A stretch of 64,000 bases of DNA from Nanobdellota archaeon (GTDB lineage Archaea > Nanobdellota > Nanobdellia > Parvarchaeales > Parvarchaeaceae). Location: the NCBI GenBank assembly GCA_021807125.1, contig JAKAPK010000001.1, forward strand, positions 251,079 to 315,078, written 5' to 3'. The position numbers were made by a program, and so were the translations under genes. The notes under the pieces were generated by a model that was not told the DNA's origin, ran no database searches, and saw only the letters and a program-made list of their open reading frames with translations. The first letter of the stretch is position 1, and the number at the start of each line of letters is the position of its first letter. Of this stretch, positions 21,801 to 31,992 are shown one piece after another.

Positions 21801-22115
21801 ATGTCTATGAAAACTCTTGAAGATTTGATAAAGGAACTGACATCAAAAATCTCCGACGGCGTTGAGTTAAGGTGCTGTGCCGCATCAACAAGTCGATTCG
21901 CGGATGGACGGGGATATTCTACACCGATTTCCACTGTGTATAAAAAATCTGGGATCATTGACGATGCAATATCGACTGGCGGAAATTTTCCGCATGAGAT
22001 AGTTTTTAATGATGATTATTCGATAGGAAGATATCTGATTACGCATGCCGACACCGGCACAATAGACGGAACTTTATGCCTAAATATCCCTAAAACAAGG
22101 GAGGGGTGCTTATAG
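21801..22115 (+). CDS. Hypothetical protein
   Basis: 104-aa ORF, starts MSMKTLEDLIKEL. Confidence 0.55.
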   Translation: MSMKTLEDLIKELTSKISDGVELRCCAASTSRFADGRGYSTPISTVYKKSGIIDDAISTGGNFPHEIVFNDDYSIGRYLITHADTGTIDGTLCLNIPKTREGCL

Positions 22116-22372
22116 CAATATTATCACACGATCCAAGGTATCTCTGCGAAAAATATAGGGGTGAAATCAAGAAAACAAATGAAGGTCTATATACTTTAGA
22201 AATCCATAACGAAGATACCACTACGCGAATAGAAATACATATCGATAACGACGAGCTTAAAAAGTTGGTGTCCATTACAGAAGACATATTATTGAAAAAC
22301 GCAACGATAAGCGGAAAGGATGTTTTGCTCTCCTATTTTAAATACGAAGTAAATTTCTGCAATAAAAATTAA
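22106..22372 (+). CDS. Hypothetical protein
   Basis: GTG start just after GGGAGG, overlapping the previous ORF. Confidence 0.45.
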   Translation: MLIAILSHDPRYLCEKYRGEIKKTNEGLYTLEIHNEDTTTRIEIHIDNDELKKLVSITEDILLKNATISGKDVLLSYFKYEVNFCNKN

Positions 22373-22438
22373 TTGAATTCCTGTTCAATTATATTTAAAA
22401 ATGACAAAACGCTTATTGTAGATAATAATGGAGGAAAA

Positions 22439-24721
22439 ATGCCCGTAGAATTACCTAGTGAGACCCTTGAATTTTTTCAAAACGATGAACTTCATGCAAG
22501 GATATTCTACGAAAAATATGCTATCAAGGACATTGACGGAAATATAATAGAAAAGACGCCGGTAGAGATGTGGAAGCGTCTTGCAAAAGAAATTTCCAGT
22601 GTTGAAAAAGACCAAAAAACTTATGAAGAAAAGTTTTTTTGGTTGCTAAACGATTTTAAATTTGTTCCTGGAGGTAGGATACTTTTTGGCACTGGTTCAC
22701 CGAGGAGGGCCACTCTTCTTAATTGTTATTATCTGCCAATAAAAGAAGATTCTATTGAAGGCATATTCGAAACTGCCAGGGAAATGGCTAGAACATACTC
22801 TTTCGGTGGGGGGGTCGGCATTGATATTTCTGTATTAAGACCCAAAGGGTGTTTTGTTAACAATGCGTCAATAAGGACTACTGGTGCGGTTTCCTTCATG
22901 GAATTATATTCTGTTACTACTGGAACGATAGGACAATCTGGCAGACGCGGTGCGCTTATGATAACTATGGATGTCCATCATCCAGATATAGAAGATTTCA
23001 TCGTTGCAAAAAGCGACAAAAGGAGTGTCAGATACGCAAACATAAGTGTAAAAGTATACAACGATTTCATGCACGCGGTGGAAGAAAACAGCGATTTCGA
23101 ACTGCATTTCAAGAACAACCTTGCAGAAGCGAAAAGAAAGGTTAATGCCAGAGTTATTTGGGAAAAAATAATAGATACTGCTCTTAATACTGGTGACCCG
23201 GGCATAATATTCTGGGATCACGTCAAGGATGAATCACCGGTAGAATACGATCCACGAATGTCTGTGAAGGGTACAAACCCCTGTGCAGAACAGCCTTTAG
23301 AGAACTATGGTGCTTGCGATTTAGGTGCAATAAATCTAGAGTACTTCGTCAAAGATTCATTTACGAAAAATGCGAACATAGATTGGAAAACGCTTGAAAC
23401 CACAATAAGATACTCTGTCAGGTTCCTAGACAACGTACTTGATTATAGCTATCCTAGACACGCTTTGAAAGCACAGGCAGAGCAAACTGTATACACAAGA
23501 AGAATAGGTTTAGGGGTTATGGGTCTGGCAAACATGCTTATAAGATTAAACATAAAATATGATACAGACGCCGCTATAAAATTTGTAGATGAATTTTTCG
23601 GAAAATTCAAGGAAATCGCATATGACGAGAGTTCAAATATAGCAAAAGAGAAGGGATCTTTTAAGGGGTTCAATGCGGAAGAGCACGTAAAAAGAAATTT
23701 TATAAAAAGATTAAGCAGTGAACTGAAGAAAAAAATAAAAGCACAAGGTCTAAGAAATGGCGCAGTTCTTACAATAGCTCCGACCGGTTCGATATCTTCT
23801 ATGATAGGAGTAAGCGGTGGCGTTGAACCTATATACGCATTGAGCTACACGCGCAGATCAGAATCCTTATCAGAAGAAAAATTTGAGATTCTTGATCCTA
23901 TAGTAAAGACATACATGAATGAATTCAAATTAAAGGAAAAGAGACAACTGCCCGATATTTTTGTGGTTGCGCACGCAGTAGACCCATTTTTTAGAGTTAA
24001 AATGCAGGCAACTATACAGAAACACATAGACTCATCAATATCTTCAACTGTGAATCTTAAAAACGACACTGGGAAAGATACAGTTAATAAAATATACATT
24101 GAGGCGTGGAAACAGGGCTGCAAATCGATAACGATATACAGAGAAGGTTCTAAAGAAGACATATTGACAGCAACCGATGAAGCGGGACAACAGCCTCCGC
24201 CAGAAAAAATAGAAGCAGAACTTAGCGAGCTTGAGGAGAGACCGTTTATAATGCAGGGAACTACAATAAAATTCCCGCTTCCACAGGGAAACCTTTACGT
24301 TACGGTAAACAAAGGTCCAAATGATGCGATAAAAGAAGTTTTTATAAGTATGGGTAGATCGGGTGAAGCGGAAAAGACATATACCGAAGCGATAGGTAGA
24401 TTAATAAGCGTATATTTACAATCAGGCGGAAACGTAGAAAGAATAATAAATACTTTAAAGGGAATAAGGGGCGATACTACGGTGTGGTTCAATGGAATAA
24501 GACTTCTATCGCTTCCCGACGCCGTTGCAAAAGGGTTAGAACTGGTAGAAAAAGGGGCTAAGATAACCACATTGAAAGGAAACGAACAGACCGAAAATCT
24601 AAAAGGAAAAATAGAGCCGGTTTCAATGACTAAAAGATGCCCGTCTTGTTTGCAGGATACGCTAATATTTGAGAACGGTTGCTTCGTGTGTAAGTCATGC
24701 GGATATACAAAGTGCGAATAA
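22439..24721 (+). CDS. nrdJ: Class II (adenosylcobalamin-dependent) ribonucleotide reductase with C-terminal TSCPD/zinc-ribbon region
   Basis: ATG 22439 after GGAGG; 'FVPGGRIL', 'LLNCY', 'RRGALM', 'TNPCAEQPL', 'TIAPTGSIS', C-terminal CPSC...CKSCGY. Confidence 0.93.
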   Translation: MPVELPSETLEFFQNDELHARIFYEKYAIKDIDGNIIEKTPVEMWKRLAKEISSVEKDQKTYEEKFFWLLNDFKFVPGGRILFGTGSPRRATLLNCYYLPIKEDSIEGIFETAREMARTYSFGGGVGIDISVLRPKGCFVNNASIRTTGAVSFMELYSVTTGTIGQSGRRGALMITMDVHHPDIEDFIVAKSDKRSVRYANISVKVYNDFMHAVEENSDFELHFKNNLAEAKRKVNARVIWEKIIDTALNTGDPGIIFWDHVKDESPVEYDPRMSVKGTNPCAEQPLENYGACDLGAINLEYFVKDSFTKNANIDWKTLETTIRYSVRFLDNVLDYSYPRHALKAQAEQTVYTRRIGLGVMGLANMLIRLNIKYDTDAAIKFVDEFFGKFKEIAYDESSNIAKEKGSFKGFNAEEHVKRNFIKRLSSELKKKIKAQGLRNGAVLTIAPTGSISSMIGVSGGVEPIYALSYTRRSESLSEEKFEILDPIVKTYMNEFKLKEKRQLPDIFVVAHAVDPFFRVKMQATIQKHIDSSISSTVNLKNDTGKDTVNKIYIEAWKQGCKSITIYREGSKEDILTATDEAGQQPPPEKIEAELSELEERPFIMQGTTIKFPLPQGNLYVTVNKGPNDAIKEVFISMGRSGEAEKTYTEAIGRLISVYLQSGGNVERIINTLKGIRGDTTVWFNGIRLLSLPDAVAKGLELVEKGAKITTLKGNEQTENLKGKIEPVSMTKRCPSCLQDTLIFENGCFVCKSCGYTKCE

Positions 24722-24755
24722 TCAAATTTAAAAAGGCTAAATACTTATCTAATAG

Positions 24756-25028
24756 ATGGAAATTGAAGTACTAGAAAAGAGCGATTCGTCTATTAAATTC
24801 AGGGTTAAGGGCGGTTCGCAATCAATACTTAACCTATTAAAGGAAGAGGCAGATTCGATAGAAGGCATATCTTTCGCGGGTTTTGCAACTGAACATCCTT
24901 TGGAACGTTCATCTATTTTTGTGCTTCGTACGAAATCTAAGGACGCTGAAAAAGTATTTAAAAAAGTTGTCGAAAAAGCAATGGATGATTTAAACGAAGC
25001 GAAGAAATTATTCAGCAAGCTTTCTTAA
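24756..25028 (+). CDS. rpo11: RNA polymerase subunit Rpo11 (L)
   Basis: 90 aa; 'ILNLLKEE', 'FAGF..EHPL'. Confidence 0.85.
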   Translation: MEIEVLEKSDSSIKFRVKGGSQSILNLLKEEADSIEGISFAGFATEHPLERSSIFVLRTKSKDAEKVFKKVVEKAMDDLNEAKKLFSKLS

Positions 25029-25040
25029 ATATAAAAAGGC

Positions 25041-25610
25041 ATGAAATTTTCAAAAGATAAGTTTGTCTCTCTTATCAAACAACTAACAGGGGGACAAAGC
25101 TGGATATCTTTTTTGTTTTATATAATAATAGTATATCTTGGCGTTAGCTATATATTTCTGCCTGCTTTGTATCATTTTACTTCAATAAATTACATAAGTG
25201 CAGTCGTTTCCGGGAGCATGGACCACTCTGCGCCAGATATACAGTATACTTATAACTTCTGGCTTCAGCAGCGCGGATTTAATTACACGTCATGGCCGTA
25301 TCCTAACGGCGTAAGTATCGGTTCTTTGGTGATAGCATATAAAACGCCAGCAAGCCAAATAAACATAGGAGATGTTATAGTGTACGATATAAAATACCAG
25401 GGAATAACGGAAGAAGTTATCCATCGAGTAATAAACCGCACGGAAATAAACGGAACGTATTACTTTACGACTAAAGGCGATGCGAACCCGGCTTCTCTGC
25501 CTTTTGAAATAAATATACCTTACTCGGATATAACAGGTAAGGTACAGACAGTAGTACCGTATCTGGGTTATCCAAGGTATTTATTATACTTACTTTACAG
25601 TTTAATATGA
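25041..25610 (+). CDS. sec11: Signal peptidase I, archaeal Sec11 type
   Basis: 'VVSGSM', 'GDVIVY', 'VIHRV', 'TKGDAN', 'VPYLGY'. Confidence 0.92.
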   Translation: MKFSKDKFVSLIKQLTGGQSWISFLFYIIIVYLGVSYIFLPALYHFTSINYISAVVSGSMDHSAPDIQYTYNFWLQQRGFNYTSWPYPNGVSIGSLVIAYKTPASQINIGDVIVYDIKYQGITEEVIHRVINRTEINGTYYFTTKGDANPASLPFEINIPYSDITGKVQTVVPYLGYPRYLLYLLYSLI

Positions 25611-26170
25611 AAACGATAATATGTTTTACTGGTATGCCGGGCAGCGGGAAATCTATAGCTGCTGAAGCTCTTAAGAAAAAGGGTTACATAGTTTTGAGTA
25701 TAGGAGATGCCGTAAGAAATGAGATGCGAAGACAGGGAATACCTATTAACATAAAGACTTTGGACACTTTTTCTGTAGAAGCTAGGCAAAATCTTGGAAA
25801 AGACTATGCGATACGGCTTCTTGAATCAGAGATTGACGAAGCCTTAAAAACAAAGGATACTTTATTCGTAGACGGGATAAGGACTATGGGCGAAATCGAC
25901 AGACTTAAGAGCCGTGGATATAAAGTGGTAGCGCTAGCCTTGATATCCGACAAAAAAACTAGATTCGAAAGATTGATGAAAAGACAGAGGGAATCGGATC
26001 CAAAAGACTTAGAAGACTTTCTATGGAGAGAGAAAAAGCAGCTTGAAATGGGAATAGCTGAAGTAATAGCCACCACAGATTATTTCTTGGAGAATGGAAA
26101 CAGCGTCTCAAAATTCCAAAACAGTCTCCTTAAAAAAGTAAAATTTATAATAAACTCCGAAAAATCATAG
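25607..26170 (+). CDS. UPF0200 P-loop kinase (archaeal dephospho-CoA kinase family)
   Basis: 'FTGMPGSGKS', 'SIGDAVR', 'VDGIR', 'RFERL..R.RESDP'. Confidence 0.82.
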   Translation: MKTIICFTGMPGSGKSIAAEALKKKGYIVLSIGDAVRNEMRRQGIPINIKTLDTFSVEARQNLGKDYAIRLLESEIDEALKTKDTLFVDGIRTMGEIDRLKSRGYKVVALALISDKKTRFERLMKRQRESDPKDLEDFLWREKKQLEMGIAEVIATTDYFLENGNSVSKFQNSLLKKVKFIINSEKS

Positions 26171-28066
26171 TAATATCTTAAAATTATCCGCAGTTTCTTC
26201 TAAATTGACATTGGACTTAAGTTTTTTGCCGTCAAATTCTAAATCTATCTGCCCCATAGGTGTACGCAAATGTCTCTTAAACTTGACAGCATAATTTTTC
26301 TTGTCTATTGTTATAGTTTTATTAAGAATGTCCGGTCTTATGCCAAGAATACATCTGTCTATTATCTCAGGCAAACAGCACATAGACCATGCTTGTGATG
26401 GGCAACCTTGCGGCTTACCGTCGGGTTGTATTATTTCGTTTATTCTAGATGAACATTGAGAACCGAGATTCCTTTTTGAAACTATATTTAGAATTTTTTC
26501 TCCTAAATTAGAGTCCCCATACATGTATGAGCCACCCGCTGCAAAACAGCTTATGAACGGCCATATTTGACCATCGTGATAGCCGTTTATGGAGAATGTG
26601 GGGTCGTTTTTTGCCATGCTGAATACGCCGTCCTCGGAAATCATGTTAGCTTTTATATTTTCAATAACCTTATTTGCTGTATTCTTGCTTAAAGAACCGA
26701 GGTAAAGGGGAAAAATCTGATTGCAGGAATTAATATCTCTGCTTAACTGATCGGAAAGAAAACCTTCCCTTTCGTATAAATTAATATTGTTTCTTAACGT
26801 CTTCGATAGTTCTAGGAGCCCTAAATAGTCTTGGCCTATTTTACGTAAAATTCCGGATATGGCAGAAAGCGCGTTTTCCCACAATGCCTGTATCTCTATA
26901 GAGAATTCTCGGTCTTTAGAGTCCATCCAAGTTTCCCTTCCTTTATCATGTATAAGCCCGTTTGATACTCTGGATCTTGCATACGTTATTATGCGCATAA
27001 TATTGTCATAGTTCGATCTGAAAAAATCTATATCGCCTGTATATGCTACATAGTCGGATACATCTTTCAGAAATATCGCAGGCACATCCAGTGGATAAAG
27101 TTCGCTAGAAGAGGTACTTGGCATTTTACCGTCGTGTATTAGGTTTATAGTGTGTAGTAGTATTCTTTTTACGAAATCTGGATTATTCAATATTAGAAAC
27201 GATGGTGCGATAAGAAGGGCATCGCGAAGCCAAAACTCGTTGAAATATGGGAATCCCGCATATATTTCAGAATCATTAAAGTTAGAATATGAATACATTG
27301 CATCAATGACATCCAGTAAAAAAGAATTATCAAACGCAGTTGAACTGCCGTAAGCAGTTGCCGCTGCCTTTATTATACCGGATATATCCACTGCATATCT
27401 CTTTCTGTTCTTAGAATTTCTGTATATGGTTTCATCGTCTGCAGGGTATGTAAAAAAAGATAAATTAAATTCTTCTCCTTTCTTAAGGTTAGCGGTTATT
27501 ATGCCAGGAACATACTTGTTTTGCGGCTGAGAATCATCAAAATATTTACTGAAACCCTTTTCTTTGGCGTATTTTCCTGGTATATGTATACCATAGTATT
27601 CGCTTTTACTGAATTCACCTTTGTCAAATGTAAACATAAGACCTTTATTATTTAGCAAAATTTGCACTTTTTTGTCTTTTTGAAACAAACCGTATAATTT
27701 AGACTCGACATAATTTTCGGATCTATCCCGTATATTTACCCCTGTTTCGAATACCATTTTACAGTCGAAATCTGGCTTTACCGTAATAAATACGGATCTG
27801 TCCGTGCAGATATCTTCTTCAGTAATTTTTCCATATCTAGTAGTGTAATCATAGCTGCAGAAACCGGAGTTGTAAAACTTGAAATCTGAGATATTTTCAT
27901 CTGATAAGAAGTCTTCGTTCATCTTAAACGCAAAATAATCTACGAACTTGGTGGTTTTTTCCCATATACCACACCATTTCGAACCGAAAGCGCCATTATT
28001 GAATCTGAATAAGAACGTTCCATTACGCGAAATAACATTCACTTTCTTATCTAATAAACTGTCCAT
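26165..28066 (-). CDS. Glycogen debranching enzyme (amylo-alpha-1,6-glucosidase-like)
   Basis: 'YAGFPYF..FWLRD', 'TWMDS', 'IEIQALW', 'YHDGQIWP', 'GCPSQAWS'. Confidence 0.88.
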   Translation of the reverse strand: MDSLLDKKVNVISRNGTFLFRFNNGAFGSKWCGIWEKTTKFVDYFAFKMNEDFLSDENISDFKFYNSGFCSYDYTTRYGKITEEDICTDRSVFITVKPDFDCKMVFETGVNIRDRSENYVESKLYGLFQKDKKVQILLNNKGLMFTFDKGEFSKSEYYGIHIPGKYAKEKGFSKYFDDSQPQNKYVPGIITANLKKGEEFNLSFFTYPADDETIYRNSKNRKRYAVDISGIIKAAATAYGSSTAFDNSFLLDVIDAMYSYSNFNDSEIYAGFPYFNEFWLRDALLIAPSFLILNNPDFVKRILLHTINLIHDGKMPSTSSSELYPLDVPAIFLKDVSDYVAYTGDIDFFRSNYDNIMRIITYARSRVSNGLIHDKGRETWMDSKDREFSIEIQALWENALSAISGILRKIGQDYLGLLELSKTLRNNINLYEREGFLSDQLSRDINSCNQIFPLYLGSLSKNTANKVIENIKANMISEDGVFSMAKNDPTFSINGYHDGQIWPFISCFAAGGSYMYGDSNLGEKILNIVSKRNLGSQCSSRINEIIQPDGKPQGCPSQAWSMCCLPEIIDRCILGIRPDILNKTITIDKKNYAVKFKRHLRTPMGQIDLEFDGKKLKSNVNLEETADNFKILL

Positions 28067-28223
28067 ACCGTTCACTATACACAAGGAACGTCAACATAAG
28101 ATTAATAATTTAAATTTTTAGAAATGCGGCACATATAATAAATATTCATAAAATTCAGTTAACGGCTAAAGTAAGATATCTGGAAAAGAAATATTTAAAT
28201 ACTCTAAATCTATTAAAATGTAG

Positions 28224-28667
28224 ATGATAGTTAATTACCTTATAACCAAAATAGAAGCTAACAGAGACATTGTAGCTCCTGCTAATTCTCAGATAAGCAT
28301 AACTGACAATATATCGCTTACAAACCTTGAAAAAGACGATAAACTTAATATCTTAAGATTCAGCTTCAGATTCGATGCATCGGTAATGGCAGATCAGAAA
28401 AATTTCGGTAAAATAGGTGTAGAAGGTGTATTGTTCTATGCTGGTGATAAACTTGAGGAAATATTTAAGGGCTGGAATGAAGGAAAAAAAATAGAGCCTT
28501 CTCTTGCAGTGGAAGTAACGCAAGCGGCCTCTGACATAGGGTCTATAGAAGCTTTGGCATTGTCAAAAAGTCTTCAACTTCCACCTGTTATAACATTACC
28601 AAGAGTTACTGCACAAACTACAGAAAATCAATCTCAGGAACCTCCTAAGAAAAGCTCAAAAAAATAA
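28224..28667 (+). CDS. Conserved archaeal protein, possible SecB-like fold, first gene of the grpE-dnaK-dnaJ cluster
   Basis: Alternating beta-strand pattern followed by a helix and 'LQLPPVITLP'; the fold call is inference. Confidence 0.6.
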   Translation: MIVNYLITKIEANRDIVAPANSQISITDNISLTNLEKDDKLNILRFSFRFDASVMADQKNFGKIGVEGVLFYAGDKLEEIFKGWNEGKKIEPSLAVEVTQAASDIGSIEALALSKSLQLPPVITLPRVTAQTTENQSQEPPKKSSKK

Positions 28668-28716
28668 TAGCTTGGTAGCTACTTAAGCCAAAAATCTCTT
28701 AATTCGAATTAAAGCT

Positions 28717-29148
28717 ATGACTGAAAATGAACAGACAGAAACTGTAAAAACAGAAGATGTAGACTATAAGAGCAAATATTTATATCTATTAGCAGAAGTT
28801 GATAATTATAGGAAAACGAGAGAAAAAGAAGAAACACAATTTATAAAATCATCCAATGAAAAATTAATGAGGGATATGCTTAAAGTTTTAGATGATTTCG
28901 AAAACGTTATGAAACACAATGACAACGAAGCCATAAAATCGCTTTTTAACTCTCTTTACTCTTCATTATCAGCTAATGGACTAACTAGAATGAAGGTTTT
29001 GGGCGTGGATTATTCATCAGAAATAGCAGAGGTCGTTAGCACGGAGCAAACGGAAAAAGAAAAAGGGAAGATTTTGGAAGAAGTACAGGCAGGATACAAG
29101 CTTTTTGATAAGGTTATAAGGTATCCGAAGGTGAAAATAGGAATATGA
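28717..29148 (+). CDS. grpE: Nucleotide exchange factor GrpE
   Basis: 'LAEVDNYRK', 'VLDDFE', '[15 protein letters not shown]'. Confidence 0.92.
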   Translation: MTENEQTETVKTEDVDYKSKYLYLLAEVDNYRKTREKEETQFIKSSNEKLMRDMLKVLDDFENVMKHNDNEAIKSLFNSLYSSLSANGLTRMKVLGVDYSSEIAEVVSTEQTEKEKGKILEEVQAGYKLFDKVIRYPKVKIGI

Positions 29149-30947
29149 CTGAAAAAGAAAAGATAATAGGTATAGACCTTGGAACGTCCAATTCGCAGGC
29201 GGCGGTGGTAATAGCGGGAAAACCTTCAATAATACCTAGCGCGGAGGGTGCAACGATTGCCGGCAAGATGTTTCCATCAATTGTCGCGTTTACAAAGAAA
29301 GGCGAAGTCATAATCGGCGAACCTGCGAGAAGACAGGCTGTGTCAAATCCTGAAGGTACGATTTTCGCAGCTAAGAGAAAGATGGGCAGCGATTTCAAGT
29401 ACAAAGTAAACAAAACCGAATATTCGCCCCAACAAATATCTGCATTTATACTACAGAAAATAAAAAGGGACGCAGAGGCTTTCTTAGGTACTAAAATTTC
29501 AAAAGCAGTAATAACGGTGCCTGCATATTTCAATGACAATCAAAGACAGGCGACTAAGGACGCTGGCATAATCGCTGGGCTTGACGTCGTCAGAATAATA
29601 AATGAGCCCACTGCCGCAGCTATGGCATACGGTCTTGACAAAAGTACTGAAACAAAGATACTCGTATATGATCTTGGAGGCGGCACTCTTGATGTTACTG
29701 TGATGGAAATAGGCAGCGGTACGTTCCAGGTTCTTTCAACTTCAGGGGATGTACAGCTCGGTGGCGTAGACATGGACAATGCGCTTGTCAATTATATAAT
29801 CGATTCGTTCAAAACAAAGGAGAAAATAGACCTAAAAAGTGATAACACTGCGATGCAAAGAGTAAAGGATGCAGCAGAACGTGCAAAGATAGAACTGTCA
29901 ACTATGCTCGAAACGGACATAAACATACCATATATAACGGTAACAAAAGATGGCCCTAAAAATCTGGAAATAAAAATCTCTCGTGCAGAATTGGAAAAAC
30001 TTGTTAAGCCGATAATTGAACGATCACGACAGCCGATAGAAAACGCCATAAAGGATGCTGACATATCAAAATCAGATATATCAAAAATAGTTCTTGTCGG
30101 CGGGCCGACGAGAATGCCAGCAGTACAAAAATTTCTTACTGACATATTTGGTGAAAAGATAGAACGCAGCGTTGATCCTATGGAGGCAGTAGCTGTAGGC
30201 GCTGCAATACAGGGCGCTGTATTGGCTGGAGACATAAAAGATATTGTTCTTCTGGACGTGACTCCACTGACGCTTAGTATTGAGACCTTAGGGGGAGTTT
30301 CCACTCCAATAATAGATAGAAATACCACTATACCAGTTAAAATGAGTAAAGTGTTCACGACAGCTGGAGATTATCAAAGCGCAGTAACTATAAACGTTGC
30401 ACAAGGAGAAAGACCTATGATAAAAGATAACGTCATTCTAGGTTCCTTCAATCTTGAAGGTATACCTCCTGCGCCGCGTGGAGTCCCGCAAATAGAGGTT
30501 ACTTTCGATATAGATGCAAACGGTATACTGAACGTATCCGCGAAAGACATGGCGACGAAAAAATCACAGACTATAACGATAACGGCTCCGAACAAACTTT
30601 CAAAAGAAGAAATAGAAAAAATGATGAAGGATGCTAAAGAGCATGAGGAAGAAGACAAAAAGCACAAGGAACAAATTGAAATGAAGAATGAAACGTCTGC
30701 ACTAATGTATTCTCTTGAGAAAAGTCTAAACGAGTTTAAGGACAAGATAAGTGATGAAAACAAAAAAGATGCTGAAGAAGTCATATCAAAACTAAAGGAA
30801 TCTCTTGAAAAGGACGAGATCGATAGCATAAAGGAATATAAGGAAAAACTCACAGACTTAATAAACAAAATAGGAACCGAGATATACAAAGACGTAAACC
30901 AAAAGCCCGAGGATAAACATGAAGACGACACGGGACAAACGACCTGA
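29145..30947 (+). CDS. dnaK: Chaperone DnaK (Hsp70)
   Basis: '[11 protein letters not shown]', 'TVPAYFND', 'DLGGGTLDV', '[11 protein letters not shown]'. Confidence 0.98.
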   Translation: MTEKEKIIGIDLGTSNSQAAVVIAGKPSIIPSAEGATIAGKMFPSIVAFTKKGEVIIGEPARRQAVSNPEGTIFAAKRKMGSDFKYKVNKTEYSPQQISAFILQKIKRDAEAFLGTKISKAVITVPAYFNDNQRQATKDAGIIAGLDVVRIINEPTAAAMAYGLDKSTETKILVYDLGGGTLDVTVMEIGSGTFQVLSTSGDVQLGGVDMDNALVNYIIDSFKTKEKIDLKSDNTAMQRVKDAAERAKIELSTMLETDINIPYITVTKDGPKNLEIKISRAELEKLVKPIIERSRQPIENAIKDADISKSDISKIVLVGGPTRMPAVQKFLTDIFGEKIERSVDPMEAVAVGAAIQGAVLAGDIKDIVLLDVTPLTLSIETLGGVSTPIIDRNTTIPVKMSKVFTTAGDYQSAVTINVAQGERPMIKDNVILGSFNLEGIPPAPRGVPQIEVTFDIDANGILNVSAKDMATKKSQTITITAPNKLSKEEIEKMMKDAKEHEEEDKKHKEQIEMKNETSALMYSLEKSLNEFKDKISDENKKDAEEVISKLKESLEKDEIDSIKEYKEKLTDLINKIGTEIYKDVNQKPEDKHEDDTGQTT

Positions 30948-30956
30948 GTCGAATAA

Positions 30957-31949
30957 ATGGAAAAAGATCCGTATCAGGTTCTTGAAATCAAGCAAGGGTC
31001 TTCTGAAGAGGAAATAAAGTCTGCATTCAAGCGCTTGGCTAAAAAATATCATCCCGACCTCAACCCTAATAATAAACAAGCGGAGGAAAAATTCAAGGAA
31101 ATAAACGAAGCATACCGTATCCTAATGAATAAGGGTTCATATAATAATGAAAACGTTAGAGGACAGAGCGGCGGATTCGAGGATATATTTGGTTTTAATT
31201 TCGGGGATTTATTTGGAGGGTTCAGTTTTAGACAAAGAGGGGAAGATCTAAAATATGAACTAAACATAGACTTGAAGGACTTGATAAAAGAACAGTATAA
31301 AACAATAAAAATAGACAGGCCAGTCCCATGCAAAGCATGTAATGGCTCTGGCGCAAAGACAAAAAAGAAATGTTCTAGATGTGACGGTCTTGGAAAAATA
31401 AGGGGTGTTTCCAGGCATGGTGCATCCACTTTCATAACAATGACCGAATGCAGGGCCTGCAACGGAAAAGGATATAATGTAGAGACTAAATGCGACAAGT
31501 GCGGTGGAGTTGGATATGAGAATTCCGCTGAAGAGATCCGTATACCAATAAGACGAGGTATAATAGAAGGAGATACTATACTCTTAGAACGTGCCGGCGC
31601 TGGATCATTGGATGGCGACTACGGCGACTTATATGTAATTTTTCATATAAACAGAGACCAATACTTTAAAATTGAAGGCCGTAACTTAGTCACTACTCTG
31701 TTTGTAGATGTTAGAGATCTGATAGATCAAAAAGATATAGAAGTAGATACGCCGATAATGAAAAAGAAAATAAAATTAAATAGAGAACAAAGATGGCCAT
31801 TAATAATAAAGGGTGAAGGATTATTTGATAAAAAAGGAAAAAAAGGTGACTTAGTAATAGAACTTTCACCGATAATACCTGGCAGTAAAGAAGAAGTGCT
31901 AAGGACTTTTTTCTCCGGTGAGAGGGTAAAACCTTACCTGCTGTCTTAG
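30957..31949 (+). CDS. dnaJ: Chaperone DnaJ
   Basis: J domain with HPD and four CxxCxGxG repeats. Confidence 0.95.
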   Translation: MEKDPYQVLEIKQGSSEEEIKSAFKRLAKKYHPDLNPNNKQAEEKFKEINEAYRILMNKGSYNNENVRGQSGGFEDIFGFNFGDLFGGFSFRQRGEDLKYELNIDLKDLIKEQYKTIKIDRPVPCKACNGSGAKTKKKCSRCDGLGKIRGVSRHGASTFITMTECRACNGKGYNVETKCDKCGGVGYENSAEEIRIPIRRGIIEGDTILLERAGAGSLDGDYGDLYVIFHINRDQYFKIEGRNLVTTLFVDVRDLIDQKDIEVDTPIMKKKIKLNREQRWPLIIKGEGLFDKKGKKGDLVIELSPIIPGSKEEVLRTFFSGERVKPYLLS

Positions 31950-31992
31950 ATTAGCGCATAAACTATTTATTACACGGTAATTTTATAGGGAT

